Shown here piece after piece: positions 17,767 through 27,077 of a stretch of 32,963 bases of DNA. The translations under genes and the position numbers were made by a program. How positions within the stretch are numbered: the first letter of the stretch is position 1; the number at the start of each line of letters is the position of its first letter. The notes below the pieces were generated by a model, which ran no database searches, was not told the origin of the DNA, and saw only the letters and a list, made by a program, of their open reading frames with translations. Origin of the DNA: Actinomycetota bacterium. GTDB lineage: Bacteria; Actinomycetota; Actinomycetes; Nanopelagicales; Nanopelagicaceae. The stretch is taken from the NCBI GenBank assembly GCA_947488645.1, contig CANLAC010000001.1, positions 1 to 32,963 of the forward strand. Reading direction: 5' to 3'.

Positions 17767-18150
17767 ATGACCAACAAACCTGCCAAGCAAGCAAGGGCGA
17801 AGTCTCTTCAGTTTTTGCAAAAAGAAGATGGCAATGTTGAAAGTGCCCTCGTTTTGATTCCGATGCTGATTCTTTTTTTGGTAGGTGTGCAATTAATAGT
17901 TGCTACCAATATTCGAAATACCGAGATGGCTTTAGCTCAAGGAGAGGCTTCGGCTCGTGCTATTTCACATCAGTATCAGCTAGGTGATGAAGTAGTTGAA
18001 GTTGGTGGCCGAATCCAAAAGATTCAAGTTCTAATAACCCATCGCACCCACATACTTCCGCAAATAGTTCCAGGATTAGTTGCCCTGATGGGAGGAAACC
18101 CAGTTTCTGATGTGGTTGGGATTGCTGTAATTGAACCGGCTAATTCCTAG
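17767..18150 (+). CDS. TadE-like minor pilin
   Basis: EDG|NVESALVLIPMLILFLVGVQ...A.GEASARA. Start moved to ATG 17767. Confidence 0.7.
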   Translation: MTNKPAKQARAKSLQFLQKEDGNVESALVLIPMLILFLVGVQLIVATNIRNTEMALAQGEASARAISHQYQLGDEVVEVGGRIQKIQVLITHRTHILPQIVPGLVALMGGNPVSDVVGIAVIEPANS

Positions 18151-18166
18151 AGTTAGGGAAGCAAGT

Positions 18167-18580
18167 ATGAAGATTTGGGCCAGACTAAAATCTGATTCCG
18201 GTAGTGCAATTGTTGAATTTGTTGCACTGGCAATTCCACTATTCATCCCTATATTTATATATCTCAATCATTTTTCCAGCGTTAGTGTAAATGAAGAGAT
18301 TGCACGATCCATGGCTCGAGAAGTCCTTCGTGTGTATGTAATAAGTGAAGATGAATCTGCAGCCCGCAATCTTTCTAGCCAAGCTACGAACCTGCTTGCA
18401 CGTCAATGGAAGTTAACTAATTCTGAAGTCGCCTCACTCCGAACACAGATGGACTGCACTCACAATCCTTGTTTATCAGCCAAGGGCAGGATCAAATTAA
18501 CGATTTCTTTCACCGATGAACAAACGGGTCGAGTTGTTTCTGCTAGCGCTCAAGAACATCTAAGCCCATGGCTTCCTTGA
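18167..18580 (+). CDS. TadE-like minor pilin
   Basis: DSG|SAIVEFVALAIPLFIP is a canonical G-x4-E prepilin motif; ARE..R; Cys pair CTHNPC. ATG 18167 follows AGGGAA. Confidence 0.8.
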   Translation: MKIWARLKSDSGSAIVEFVALAIPLFIPIFIYLNHFSSVSVNEEIARSMAREVLRVYVISEDESAARNLSSQATNLLARQWKLTNSEVASLRTQMDCTHNPCLSAKGRIKLTISFTDEQTGRVVSASAQEHLSPWLP

Positions 18581-19134
18581 GTACTGGAAGATTTCGAGGT
18601 TGCTTTCGAAAGATTGGCGATGAATCAGGATCAATTGCTGTAATTGTCATTGGGTTATTCATTATTACCGTTGCTTCCCTTATGGTGATGACAGATGTAT
18701 CGACGGTCATAGTTGCGAAACGTTCCTTGGCCCAAGCAACTGAGGCAGCAGCTCAGCGAGGTGTCCACACTTTAGACAAGAGCAGCTACTACAAAGGCAA
18801 GGCAAACATATTTACAGTGCCAATGGCGATAGCAACGAATCGGGCACATCCTGTGATTCCAATCGATTGCCTTCGAGGCGGATTTGAAGTTCTGCTCGAG
18901 CTACATTCATGGAGCAATGACAACAGTGATTTAAAGTGGCATCACTTGAAGGGGATACAGCTAACCAATTACCAATGCGATGGACAATCGTTAGATATTG
19001 AAACAAGGTCAGAAGTTAATTTGCCATTCAAGGTTCCATTTTCTTCTATTGATTCAGTGTTTTTAACTTCGTCAGCGGGAACTGCAAATCAGGTTCAAGA
19101 AGGCTTTTATCTATTCGGAATTCGCTTGCACTAG
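18568..19134 (+). CDS. TadG-like minor pilin
   Basis: DESG|[12 protein letters not shown]...D.....[13 protein letters not shown] fits the Tad N-terminal pattern. Confidence 0.78.
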   Translation: MASLSTGRFRGCFRKIGDESGSIAVIVIGLFIITVASLMVMTDVSTVIVAKRSLAQATEAAAQRGVHTLDKSSYYKGKANIFTVPMAIATNRAHPVIPIDCLRGGFEVLLELHSWSNDNSDLKWHHLKGIQLTNYQCDGQSLDIETRSEVNLPFKVPFSSIDSVFLTSSAGTANQVQEGFYLFGIRLH

Positions 19135-19156
19135 TAGGCATGGGTATCCTTGTCGC

Positions 19157-20251
19157 ATGGCCGCACGCGAATATCACTTAGAGATCGATGCGGTTGATGC
19201 GACCCTAGTTTCTATCGAAAAGGTCTTGGATCTACCAAAACTTCGGAAGCAAGCAGATGAACTAGAAGTTGAAGCTGGCGTTCCTAATCTTTGGGATGAC
19301 CCTGAGGCTGCGCAAAAGATCACAAGCCGACTCTCACGCGTGCAATCTGTGATTGCCAAGCTATCTGGATTGCGTCAACGTGTGGAAGATCTATCTATTC
19401 TTTTTGAATTAGCGGCCGGCGAGCCAGGCGGAATTCAAGATGCCGAAAATGAACTCGATGCAGTTAAGAAATCTGTTGGCGAATTAGAAGTTCAGACTTT
19501 GTTAAATGGCGAGTATGACGATCGTGATGCCTTGATCACCATTCGCTCAGAAGCTGGTGGAGTAGAGGCGGCCGACTGGGCCGAGATGATTATGCGCATG
19601 TATTTGCGTTACTGCGAACGCCATAACTTCACAGTTAATGTTCTTGAAACCTCCTATGCAGAAGAAGCCGGAATTAAGTCAACAACCTTTAAAGTTTCTG
19701 CTCCATATGCATATGGGACATTATCTGTCGAACAAGGAACACATCGCTTAGTTCGTATTTCACCATTTGATAGCCAAAGCCGTCGTCACACTTCATTTGC
19801 CGGTGTTGAAGTTGTTCCCGTTGTTGAGCAAAGTGATCATATTGAAATTGATGAAAAAGACATTCGCGTTGATGTCTATCGCTCTTCTGGTCCTGGTGGG
19901 CAAGGGGTTAACACCACAGACTCTGCAGTTCGTTTAACTCACATTGCAACGGGCATTGTTGTCTCATGTCAGAACGAGCGTTCTCAAATTCAAAACAAAG
20001 CAACAGCTATGGCTGTGTTGCAATCTAAGTTATTAGAGCGTCGTCGCCAAGAAGAGCAGGCAAAGATCAATGCTCTCAAGGGCGACAATTCGGGTTCATG
20101 GGGTAATCAGATGCGTTCCTATGTCTTAGCGCCCTATCAAATGGTTAAAGATCTGCGCACAGATTATGAAACCGGAAACACATCGGCTGTGTTAAATGGT
20201 GAAATTGATGAGTTCATTGAAGCTGGAATTCGCTGGCGCCGAAGTTCCTAA
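19157..20251 (+). CDS. prfB: Peptide chain release factor 2 (no programmed frameshift)
   Basis: [18 protein letters not shown] (SPF), [14 protein letters not shown]; single uninterrupted frame; TATCCT 6 nt before the ATG. Confidence 0.98.
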   Translation: MAAREYHLEIDAVDATLVSIEKVLDLPKLRKQADELEVEAGVPNLWDDPEAAQKITSRLSRVQSVIAKLSGLRQRVEDLSILFELAAGEPGGIQDAENELDAVKKSVGELEVQTLLNGEYDDRDALITIRSEAGGVEAADWAEMIMRMYLRYCERHNFTVNVLETSYAEEAGIKSTTFKVSAPYAYGTLSVEQGTHRLVRISPFDSQSRRHTSFAGVEVVPVVEQSDHIEIDEKDIRVDVYRSSGPGGQGVNTTDSAVRLTHIATGIVVSCQNERSQIQNKATAMAVLQSKLLERRRQEEQAKINALKGDNSGSWGNQMRSYVLAPYQMVKDLRTDYETGNTSAVLNGEIDEFIEAGIRWRRSS

Positions 20252-20261
20252 ATGCTGAGAA

Positions 20262-20293
20262 TGTGGGGGATTCGATAAATCTCACACTTTCTT
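20262..20293 (+). terminator. Possible imperfect terminator after prfB
   Basis: TGTGGGGGATT / AATCTCACA stem with a bulge, followed by CTTTCTT. Confidence 0.35.
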
Positions 20294-20404
20294 CAGGCTC
20301 AAACTCGCGTTAGATCCGAGGATTTTGCCCTGTAATCCATAAACTAAGCGCAGGTCGAAGGTGGTTCCCGGAAATTCCACCCCGCAGATGCAATGGGAGA
20401 TTTA

Positions 20405-21094
20405 ATGATTCGCTTTGAAAATGTCACCAAGATTTACTCTGGTCAGGAGCGTCCAGCCCTTGATTCTGTAAATCTCGAGATCGTAAAAGGCGAGTTTGTA
20501 TTCCTTGTTGGTCTTTCAGGTTCAGGTAAATCAACATTCTTGCGCTTGGTTCTTCGTGAAGAGCGTCCATCATCAGGTTCGATACATGTGGCAGGAAAAG
20601 ATTTAGGAACACTAGCCAATCACAAAGTTCCAGAGCTTCGCCGCTCTGTAGGAACAGTTTTTCAAGATTTCCGCTTGCTTCCCAATAAGACAATTACTGA
20701 AAACGTTGCCTTCACCTTGCACGTTCTTGGATATTCACAAAAAGAAATTAATCGAGAAGTTCCAGAGGTACTAGAACTAGTTGGTTTGGAAGATAAGGGC
20801 GATCGTTTGCCTTCTGAGATTTCAGGTGGAGAACAACAGCGCGTCGCGATTGCTCGTGCATACGTTAGCCGCCCACCAATTTTGATTGCAGATGAGCCAA
20901 CTGGAAACCTTGATCCAGCAACATCTGTTGGCATCATGAAGTTACTTGATCGGATTAATCGTGAGGGCACAACAGTTTTGATGGCAACACATGATGCAGG
21001 CATTGTGGACCAAATGCGTAAGCGCGTTATTGAGTTAGATTTAGGAAATGTAATCCGCGATCAGGTTCGTGGCGTTTATGGGTACACGGGTTAA
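20405..21094 (+). CDS. ftsE: Cell division ATP-binding protein FtsE
   Basis: [41 protein letters not shown]; SD GGGAGA before ATG 20405. Confidence 0.96.
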   Translation: MIRFENVTKIYSGQERPALDSVNLEIVKGEFVFLVGLSGSGKSTFLRLVLREERPSSGSIHVAGKDLGTLANHKVPELRRSVGTVFQDFRLLPNKTITENVAFTLHVLGYSQKEINREVPEVLELVGLEDKGDRLPSEISGGEQQRVAIARAYVSRPPILIADEPTGNLDPATSVGIMKLLDRINREGTTVLMATHDAGIVDQMRKRVIELDLGNVIRDQVRGVYGYTG

Positions 21095-21108
21095 GGACGG
21101 GATAACAA

Positions 21109-22011
21109 ATGCGCGCACGGTTTCTTCTTAGTGAAGTTCGGATCGGACTTCGTCGTAACTTAACCATGACCTTTGCCGTTGTTGTTACAACAGCCATCTC
21201 ATTGTCATTACTTGGCATAGGCCTTCTGTCTAACGCTCAAGTCGGCGCAATGAAGGATTATTGGTATGACAAGATCGAAGTATCTGTTTTCCTTTGCGGA
21301 AATCTTTCAGATTCTCCTTCATGTGCAAATGGAGTAGTCACAGCTGCACAACGATTAACAATTCAGCAGGATCTTCAAGAGATGAGCGTTGTCGATAGCG
21401 TCTTCTACGAATCACAATCAGAGGCGTTCACACGTTTTCAAGAGCGCTTTAAGGATTCAGCTATTGCGCAAAATGTGACTGCAGATCAATTGCCGGAATC
21501 ATTCCGAGTTAAATTAAAGGATCCCACTCAATTTTCAGTGATAGTCAGCGCCTTTAGTGGTCGACCAGGAGTTGATGTTGTTCAAGATCAACGCACGATT
21601 CTTGAAAAATTCTTTAGGTTATTAGGTGTGCTTCGAAATGGTGCATTGGTCGTTGGTCTTGCTTCAGTCTTGACAGCGGCGCTCTTGATTTCTAACACCT
21701 TGCGCATTGCAGCATTTAACCGCCGCCGTGAAACTGGCGTGATGAAACTAGTTGGTGCATCGTCATGGTCAATCCAACTTCCATTCTTGCTGGAAGGTGT
21801 TATCTCAGCAATTATTGGTTGGGGACTGGCGACAGGATTGTTAGCTGGATTAAAGACAGTAATCGATTCCAACGTTGCTCCGCTTCTCACCTTTACCAAG
21901 TTCTTTGGTTGGGGAGAGGTCTGGGTTGCATCGGCATATCTACTAGCCACAGGCTTAGTTGTTTCAATCCTGGCTTCGGTCATCACCCTTCGCCGTTATC
22001 TGAAGGTCTAA
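21109..22011 (+). CDS. ftsX: Cell division permease FtsX
   Basis: GLRRNLTM, LPESFRVKL, RRRETGVMKLVGA, PFLLEG; follows ftsE. Confidence 0.96.
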   Translation: MRARFLLSEVRIGLRRNLTMTFAVVVTTAISLSLLGIGLLSNAQVGAMKDYWYDKIEVSVFLCGNLSDSPSCANGVVTAAQRLTIQQDLQEMSVVDSVFYESQSEAFTRFQERFKDSAIAQNVTADQLPESFRVKLKDPTQFSVIVSAFSGRPGVDVVQDQRTILEKFFRLLGVLRNGALVVGLASVLTAALLISNTLRIAAFNRRRETGVMKLVGASSWSIQLPFLLEGVISAIIGWGLATGLLAGLKTVIDSNVAPLLTFTKFFGWGEVWVASAYLLATGLVVSILASVITLRRYLKV

Positions 22012-22107
22012 TTCGCACCAACTTGGCGGCTCTCATTGATAGGTAATGAGAGAATTGAGCCCTGCAATCCAATACTTGGATGCAATGAATGAGGGCGGTG
22101 ATGCGGC

Positions 22108-22611
22108 ATGGTTAAAGAGGTAGGCCGCAAGGTCATTGCCCAAAATAAGAAAGCACGTCACGATTATTCAATCTCTGATGTGCTTGAGTGCGGATTGGTG
22201 CTTACTGGTACTGAAGTTAAATCACTTCGTGCTGGCCGCGCATCGCTGATTGATGGCTTTGCCATGGTCAATAATGGCGAATTGTGGTTGATGGGTGTTC
22301 ACATCCCTGAATACACCGAGGGCACATGGACTAATCACACTCCTCGACGTGATCGCAAACTTCTTGTTCACAAAAATGAGCTCAATAAACTAATCGGTAA
22401 GTTGAAGGATTCTGGAACAACCCTTGTCCCACTACAGCTCTACTTCAAAGATGGAAAAGCCAAGGTGGAGATTGCAGTTGCTAAGGGTAAGAAGGCCCAT
22501 GACAAGCGCGAAGCAATAAAGGAACGCGAGGCTGACCGAGAAGTCTCACGCGTTGTATCGCGTACTTTGAGCGGCAAAGCCAGTCGCGCCGCATCAAAAT
22601 ACGAGGATTAA
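22108..22611 (+). CDS. smpB: SsrA-binding protein
   Basis: [30 protein letters not shown]. Confidence 0.98.
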   Translation: MVKEVGRKVIAQNKKARHDYSISDVLECGLVLTGTEVKSLRAGRASLIDGFAMVNNGELWLMGVHIPEYTEGTWTNHTPRRDRKLLVHKNELNKLIGKLKDSGTTLVPLQLYFKDGKAKVEIAVAKGKKAHDKREAIKEREADREVSRVVSRTLSGKASRAASKYED

Positions 22612-22771
22612 CACCTTCTCGCTTTCCTGATTTACACTTAGTTCACCGCCGCTTCGATACCTCAATTTTTGAGGCAACGTTGCGACGGCAAAGGAAATTG
22701 ACAATTAAATAGGGGATAAGAAATACGTTTCTTTTTCTCCAAGTTGTAAGTGTGAAAGCACTTTAAATCTT

Positions 22772-23142
22772 GGGGGTGAACGGTCTCGACTTTGGATGTT
22801 GAGGCAGGGGAAGCGGGCCGAGGAAGCCGGAATGATCTCGTAAACCAATAATCCGTGCAAAAAATAACTGCAGACCTTAAAAAGTCTGAATTTGAACTAG
22901 CTGCATAAGCTATTCAATTCCGTTAGCCCAGGTGCCGCTCTCGACCTGGAATCTAGCGTCGACTAGGGGGCTTTTCACTTCATTGGTGTTGCAGACTATG
23001 AAGGAGAACATTTTTGCAACTGAGTTCGTCGAAGAAATGTGTGTAAAAACTTCGGGACTGAGAAAGCGTTAATCACACTACGCCCGTAGAAGCCCTGTTT
23101 TAATACCGAAGGACCCGGGTTCGATTCCCGGCACCTCCACCA
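22772..23142 (+). ncRNA. ssrA: tmRNA; tag reading frame 22870-22908 encodes (A)ADLKKSEFELAA
   Basis: 5' GGGGGTG pairs with 3' CACCTCC-ACCA with G3-U; T-arm CCGGG-TTCGATT-CCCGG; ATAACT-GCA resume site; lies downstream of smpB. Confidence 0.97.
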
Positions 23143-23169
23143 AATTGCAGATATCTGTATGCTTTTCGT

Positions 23170-23256
23170 ATGGAATTGGTTCTCGCTGCACTCGCTATTT
23201 TGGCAATTTTTTATTTTGCTAAGGATGGGTCTAGCAAGAGAGATAAAAAAGATTAA
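23170..23256 (+). CDS. Candidate 28-aa membrane microprotein MELVLAALAILAIFYFAKDGSSKRDKKD
   Basis: Manual translation; TATGCT (23158-23163) exactly 6 nt before the ATG; fills the gap without overlaps; hydrophobic helix plus charged tail. Confidence 0.6.
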   Translation: MELVLAALAILAIFYFAKDGSSKRDKKD

Positions 23257-23276
23257 ATAGAGGTTCTCAATTAGTT

Positions 23277-23705
23277 TTAGTGTTGCCCGCCAGGTCCATG
23301 TCCATCATCACCTGAGGATCGACCATTCTTTTTCCACTTTAATTTTGGCCCATGATCACCAGGTCCAACTTTTCGCAGGCCTAATTTATTTCCAATGGTT
23401 GCAAGTAAGTGAAAGTCAGGGAAGTACTCACGACGTAATGCAATGTAGGCACACACTATTGCATATGCGCCAATTAGCTTTGGACCGGTAACACCCATAG
23501 ATATCAAAGACATTCCAAGTAATACTCCGATAGTAATGGTCAGTAAGTGAACTATCTTTCGAATGACATTAACAATTGCCCATATAACGCTTTCTTTAGT
23601 ATTCAAGAACTTCACTAGTCGGTCTGCAGTAAGAGCAATTGCGAATGGACCGGAAAATATGGTGACCATGAAGATTATGACAACAAGGTATGCAAGTGAT
23701 TCCAT
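23277..23705 (-). CDS. Hypothetical membrane protein (about 3 TM) with Gly/His-containing tail
   Basis: ATG 23705 is 2 nt after the GNAT stop, with G-rich SD; hydrophobic segments; tail GPGDHGP...GDDGHGPGGQH. Confidence 0.7.
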   Translation of the reverse strand: MESLAYLVVIIFMVTIFSGPFAIALTADRLVKFLNTKESVIWAIVNVIRKIVHLLTITIGVLLGMSLISMGVTGPKLIGAYAIVCAYIALRREYFPDFHLLATIGNKLGLRKVGPGDHGPKLKWKKNGRSSGDDGHGPGGQH

Positions 23706-23707
23706 AT

Positions 23708-24265
23708 TTACACCCCCCAATCAGTTCTAATCGCTGCGAACATGATCATGTTCTCACGTGTCCCGTCATCTTGGAAGGACTTATCTCTTAATACCCCTTC
23801 TTGCTGATATCCAGCATTGGAAAGCACCTTGAGAGAAGGCTTATTGGATTCAACAACTAGGGCTTCAATGCGGTGGAAACCAATAGTTTCAAAGCCATAT
23901 TCAGTCAAAAGCTTCGTTGCTTGCGTTGCAATTCCCTTGCCACGCACACCTGCAGTTACCCAGTAACCGATTTCAGCCTTAGCCTCTTCAAGATTGAGCG
24001 TGTGGAAAGAGAGTGCACCTACAAATTTTCCATCGTATTCAAGTGCGAGTTGTAGCTCAGTCCTCATCGTGAAGCCATTAGGTGAGCGTTCTCGAACATA
24101 ATGCTCAGCATTAGCCATTTGATAATTAGCAGGAATTCGAGTGAACTTAGGAATAATTGGATCTTGAACACCTTCAAATAAGGGGATGATGTCGCGCTCT
24201 TCGGGCTTTCGAAGTGTGATCAACCCATACTGCAAGGTCGGTACTTCAGTAGGCCACCAAATCAT
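23708..24265 (-). CDS. GNAT acetyltransferase, RimJ/RimL family
   Basis: AEIGYWV, RGKGIAT, HRIEA, N..S..V...GYQQEGVLR. Confidence 0.92.
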   Translation of the reverse strand: MIWWPTEVPTLQYGLITLRKPEERDIIPLFEGVQDPIIPKFTRIPANYQMANAEHYVRERSPNGFTMRTELQLALEYDGKFVGALSFHTLNLEEAKAEIGYWVTAGVRGKGIATQATKLLTEYGFETIGFHRIEALVVESNKPSLKVLSNAGYQQEGVLRDKSFQDDGTRENMIMFAAIRTDWGV

Positions 24266-24286
24266 TTACCTAGTATCGCAGGTTAA

Positions 24287-25345
24287 TTAACCTTCTTGTA
24301 GGTCGGTTGGCGCACCATGAACATCTAGAACATCTGCGCCTAACTTGGATCCTTCTCCGCTGCGATTAAGAGGAGTCTTTGCCTTGGCATCATCCTTATA
24401 AATAGCAGGAATTGAACCAAGTAAACCCTTTTGGAAGTCTTCAAATGCTTGGAGAACTTCGCGCTTTGTATTCATCACAAAGGGACCCATCCAAGCAACA
24501 GGCTCTTTAATTGGTGCACCACCAAGAATGAATAGTTCAAGCTCTGGAGAGCGTGTTTCTTGTTGATTAGCAGCACGCACAACAATTGTGTCGCCATCAC
24601 CAAAGACAGTTAATTGACCCATCTGGACTGGACGTGCTTCATCGCCAACAAATCCATGGCCAGCCATTGTGTATACAAGTGCGTTGTAATCCTTGCGCCA
24701 TGGCAAACGTAGCTCTGCGCCAGCTGCAACAGTTGCGTGCAGCAAAGTAATTGGTGTTTGTGTTGAACCTGGACCAAAGTGCCCATCTACTTCACCGGCA
24801 ATAACACGTAGCAGTGAACCACCATCTGCAGATGACAACAGTGCAACATCTTTTGCACGAACATCTTGATATGCAGGAGGCGACCACTTCTTTGCCGCAG
24901 GCAAGTTAACCCACAGCTGGAATCCGTGGAACAAGCCGCCAGACATAACCAAACTCTCTGGGGGAGTTTCAATGTGCAAAATTCCAGCTCCAGCGGTCAT
25001 CCACTGTGTGTCGCCATTTGAAATAGTTCCACCGCCACCATTGTTATCTTGGTGATCAAAGATTCCATCAATAATGTAAGTAACTGTTTCAAATCCACGG
25101 TGTGGGTGCCAAGGAGTTCCTTTTGGTTCACCTGGTGCGTATTCAACTTCTCCCATTTGATCTAAGTGGATAAATGGATCAAGTTCTGCCATATCAACAC
25201 CGGCAAATGCGCGACGAACTGGAAAGCCTTCACCTTCAAAACCTTGAGGCGCAGTTGTAATGCTCTTCACCTTGCGAGCACGTGCGCCAGTAACTTCGCT
25301 AACGCGAGGCAAAATGGTGATGTCGCTGACGGTTACTGCAGGCAT
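24287..25345 (-). CDS. Pirin family protein
   Basis: DPFIHLD, HPHRGFETVTY, WMTAGAGILHIE, FQLWVNLP, GPFVMNT; SD AAGGAG. Confidence 0.96.
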   Translation of the reverse strand: MPAVTVSDITILPRVSEVTGARARKVKSITTAPQGFEGEGFPVRRAFAGVDMAELDPFIHLDQMGEVEYAPGEPKGTPWHPHRGFETVTYIIDGIFDHQDNNGGGGTISNGDTQWMTAGAGILHIETPPESLVMSGGLFHGFQLWVNLPAAKKWSPPAYQDVRAKDVALLSSADGGSLLRVIAGEVDGHFGPGSTQTPITLLHATVAAGAELRLPWRKDYNALVYTMAGHGFVGDEARPVQMGQLTVFGDGDTIVVRAANQQETRSPELELFILGGAPIKEPVAWMGPFVMNTKREVLQAFEDFQKGLLGSIPAIYKDDAKAKTPLNRSGEGSKLGADVLDVHGAPTDLQEG

Positions 25346-25372
25346 TTCGATCTCCTTAGTTCAGAGCACAAT

Positions 25373-25394
25373 AGTAGTTGAACATTCAACTACT
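25373..25394. promoter_or_regulatory. Palindromic operator (MarR/RosR-like) upstream of pirin
   Basis: AGTAGTTGAA-CA-TTCAACTACT: perfect 10-bp arms overlapping the minus-strand -10 candidate TACTAT (25371-25376). Confidence 0.7.
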
Positions 25395-25407
25395 TGCAAC
25401 TTATCTG

Positions 25408-26799
25408 TTAAAGAGCTTTGAGCGCAGAAACTACCTTGGTGAGTGATGCTTTGGCGTCACCAAACAAAAGCATGGTCTTTGGATCATAGAGAAGCTCATT
25501 CTCGATACCAGCAAAACCTGGGCGCATTGAACGCTTTAAGAAGATGATGTTGGCAGCGTTATTAACTTCCAAGATTGGCATTCCGTAAATTGGGCATCCA
25601 GGTGTTGTTTGCGCTGCTGGATTAACAACATCGTTTGCACCAATAACTATTGCTACATCTGTCTGACCAAATGTTGGATTTACTTCATCCATTTCCAGTA
25701 ATTGATCATAAGGAACATTCGCTTCTGCAAGAAGCACGTTCATGTGTCCTGGCATGCGCCCTGCCACAGGGTGAATTCCGTAGGCAACATCGATGCCCTT
25801 TGAAATCATTAAGTCAGCTAATTCGCGAACTGTGTGCTGTGCTTGTGCAACAGCAAGTCCGAAACCAGGAACGATAACTACGCGTCGTGCGTAATTAAGC
25901 AAGATCGCAACATCATCTGGTGAACCTGAACGAACTGGTCGTTCTTCACCCGCTGCAGCAACATCTTGAGGCTTTGCAGTAAATGCACCGAACAATGTTC
26001 CAAACAATGAACGTCCCATAGCCTCGGCCATCAAGCGAGTCAAGATAGTTCCTGATGCTCCAACAAGAGTTCCAGCAATGATCAACAAGGTTGAATCAAG
26101 CACATAACCACTTGCAGCCACTGTTAAACCAGTAAATGCGTTTAGGAGTGAGATAACAATTGGGACATCTGCACCACCAACTGGAAGCACGAACAAGATT
26201 CCGAATAGCAGTGATAATCCTGCAAGAATCAAAAGTGGTGTTGTTCCAAGGGCGGTTACAACCCAACCACCAACACCAATAACTGAAACCAATGTTGCGG
26301 CAATAATGAAGCGGCCCGCTGGGAAAATTACGGGGCGAGTAGTCATCAACTCTTGCAGCTTCATAAAGGTAATGATTGATCCGCTGAAAGAAACGCAGCC
26401 AACAATTACCGTAAAGACTGTGAAGACAACTTCTGCTGTGGTCGCTTGATCTCCAAGATTTAAGTACTCAACGATCGCTACCAATGCTGCCGCGCCACCA
26501 CCCACACCATTAAAGAGCGCAACAAGTTGTGGCATCTGGGTCATTTGGACTTTGCGAGCAGCTGGAACTCCAATTACAAGCCCAATTGCGATTGCGCCAA
26601 GAATCCACCCAAGGTTATTGAGGGGTAGTGATGAGTTTTCATTGGAGTAGAAGAAGACAACAAGTGTTGCTAATCCAGCGCCAAAGGCACCAATTAAGTT
26701 ACCGCGACGAGCAGTCTTTGGGTGGGACAAACCTTTTAGAGCAAGGATGAAGGCAACACCGGCGGCTAGGCCAATGAGGTCATATACCGTGCGGCTCAT
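25408..26799 (-). CDS. pntB: NAD(P) transhydrogenase beta subunit
   Basis: MTQMPQLVA, GGADVPIVISLLN, IHPVAGRMPGHMNVLLAEA, IGANDVVNP, GFAGIEN. Confidence 0.98.
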   Translation of the reverse strand: MSRTVYDLIGLAAGVAFILALKGLSHPKTARRGNLIGAFGAGLATLVVFFYSNENSSLPLNNLGWILGAIAIGLVIGVPAARKVQMTQMPQLVALFNGVGGGAAALVAIVEYLNLGDQATTAEVVFTVFTVIVGCVSFSGSIITFMKLQELMTTRPVIFPAGRFIIAATLVSVIGVGGWVVTALGTTPLLILAGLSLLFGILFVLPVGGADVPIVISLLNAFTGLTVAASGYVLDSTLLIIAGTLVGASGTILTRLMAEAMGRSLFGTLFGAFTAKPQDVAAAGEERPVRSGSPDDVAILLNYARRVVIVPGFGLAVAQAQHTVRELADLMISKGIDVAYGIHPVAGRMPGHMNVLLAEANVPYDQLLEMDEVNPTFGQTDVAIVIGANDVVNPAAQTTPGCPIYGMPILEVNNAANIIFLKRSMRPGFAGIENELLYDPKTMLLFGDAKASLTKVVSALKAL

Positions 26800-27077
26800 T
26801 TTTTGTTCCCCTTGAACATCTCAAGCATTCGGTCGGTTACAACAAACCCACCCACCATGTTGATAGTTGCCAGAATGATCGCTGCAACTGAAAGTCCTAG
26901 CTCAAGATTTGTCTTACTGTGATCGGCCACAATGATCGCACCAACCAAGATGACTCCGTGAATTGCATTGGCACCTGACATGAGGGGAGTGTGCAAGGTT
27001 GAAGACACCTTAGAAACTACCTCAAAGCCGACAAAGACAGAGAGAACGAAAATCGAAAGAATCGCCATTGGTTCCAT
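26796..27077 (-). CDS. pntAb: NAD(P) transhydrogenase alpha subunit, membrane part (PntAb)
   Basis: LHTPLMSGANAIHG, INMVGGFVVTDRMLEMF. Confidence 0.96.
   Translation of the reverse strand: MEPMAILSIFVLSVFVGFEVVSKVSSTLHTPLMSGANAIHGVILVGAIIVADHSKTNLELGLSVAAIILATINMVGGFVVTDRMLEMFKGNKK

Noticed and set aside
19157-20251. Programmed +1 frameshift in prfB
   Set aside because: The ORF is continuous with no early CTT-TGA site, as is normal for actinobacteria.
22031-22097. Two short hairpins between ftsX and smpB
   Set aside because: Short imperfect stems without a U-tract or recognisable motif; not enough to call a regulatory RNA.
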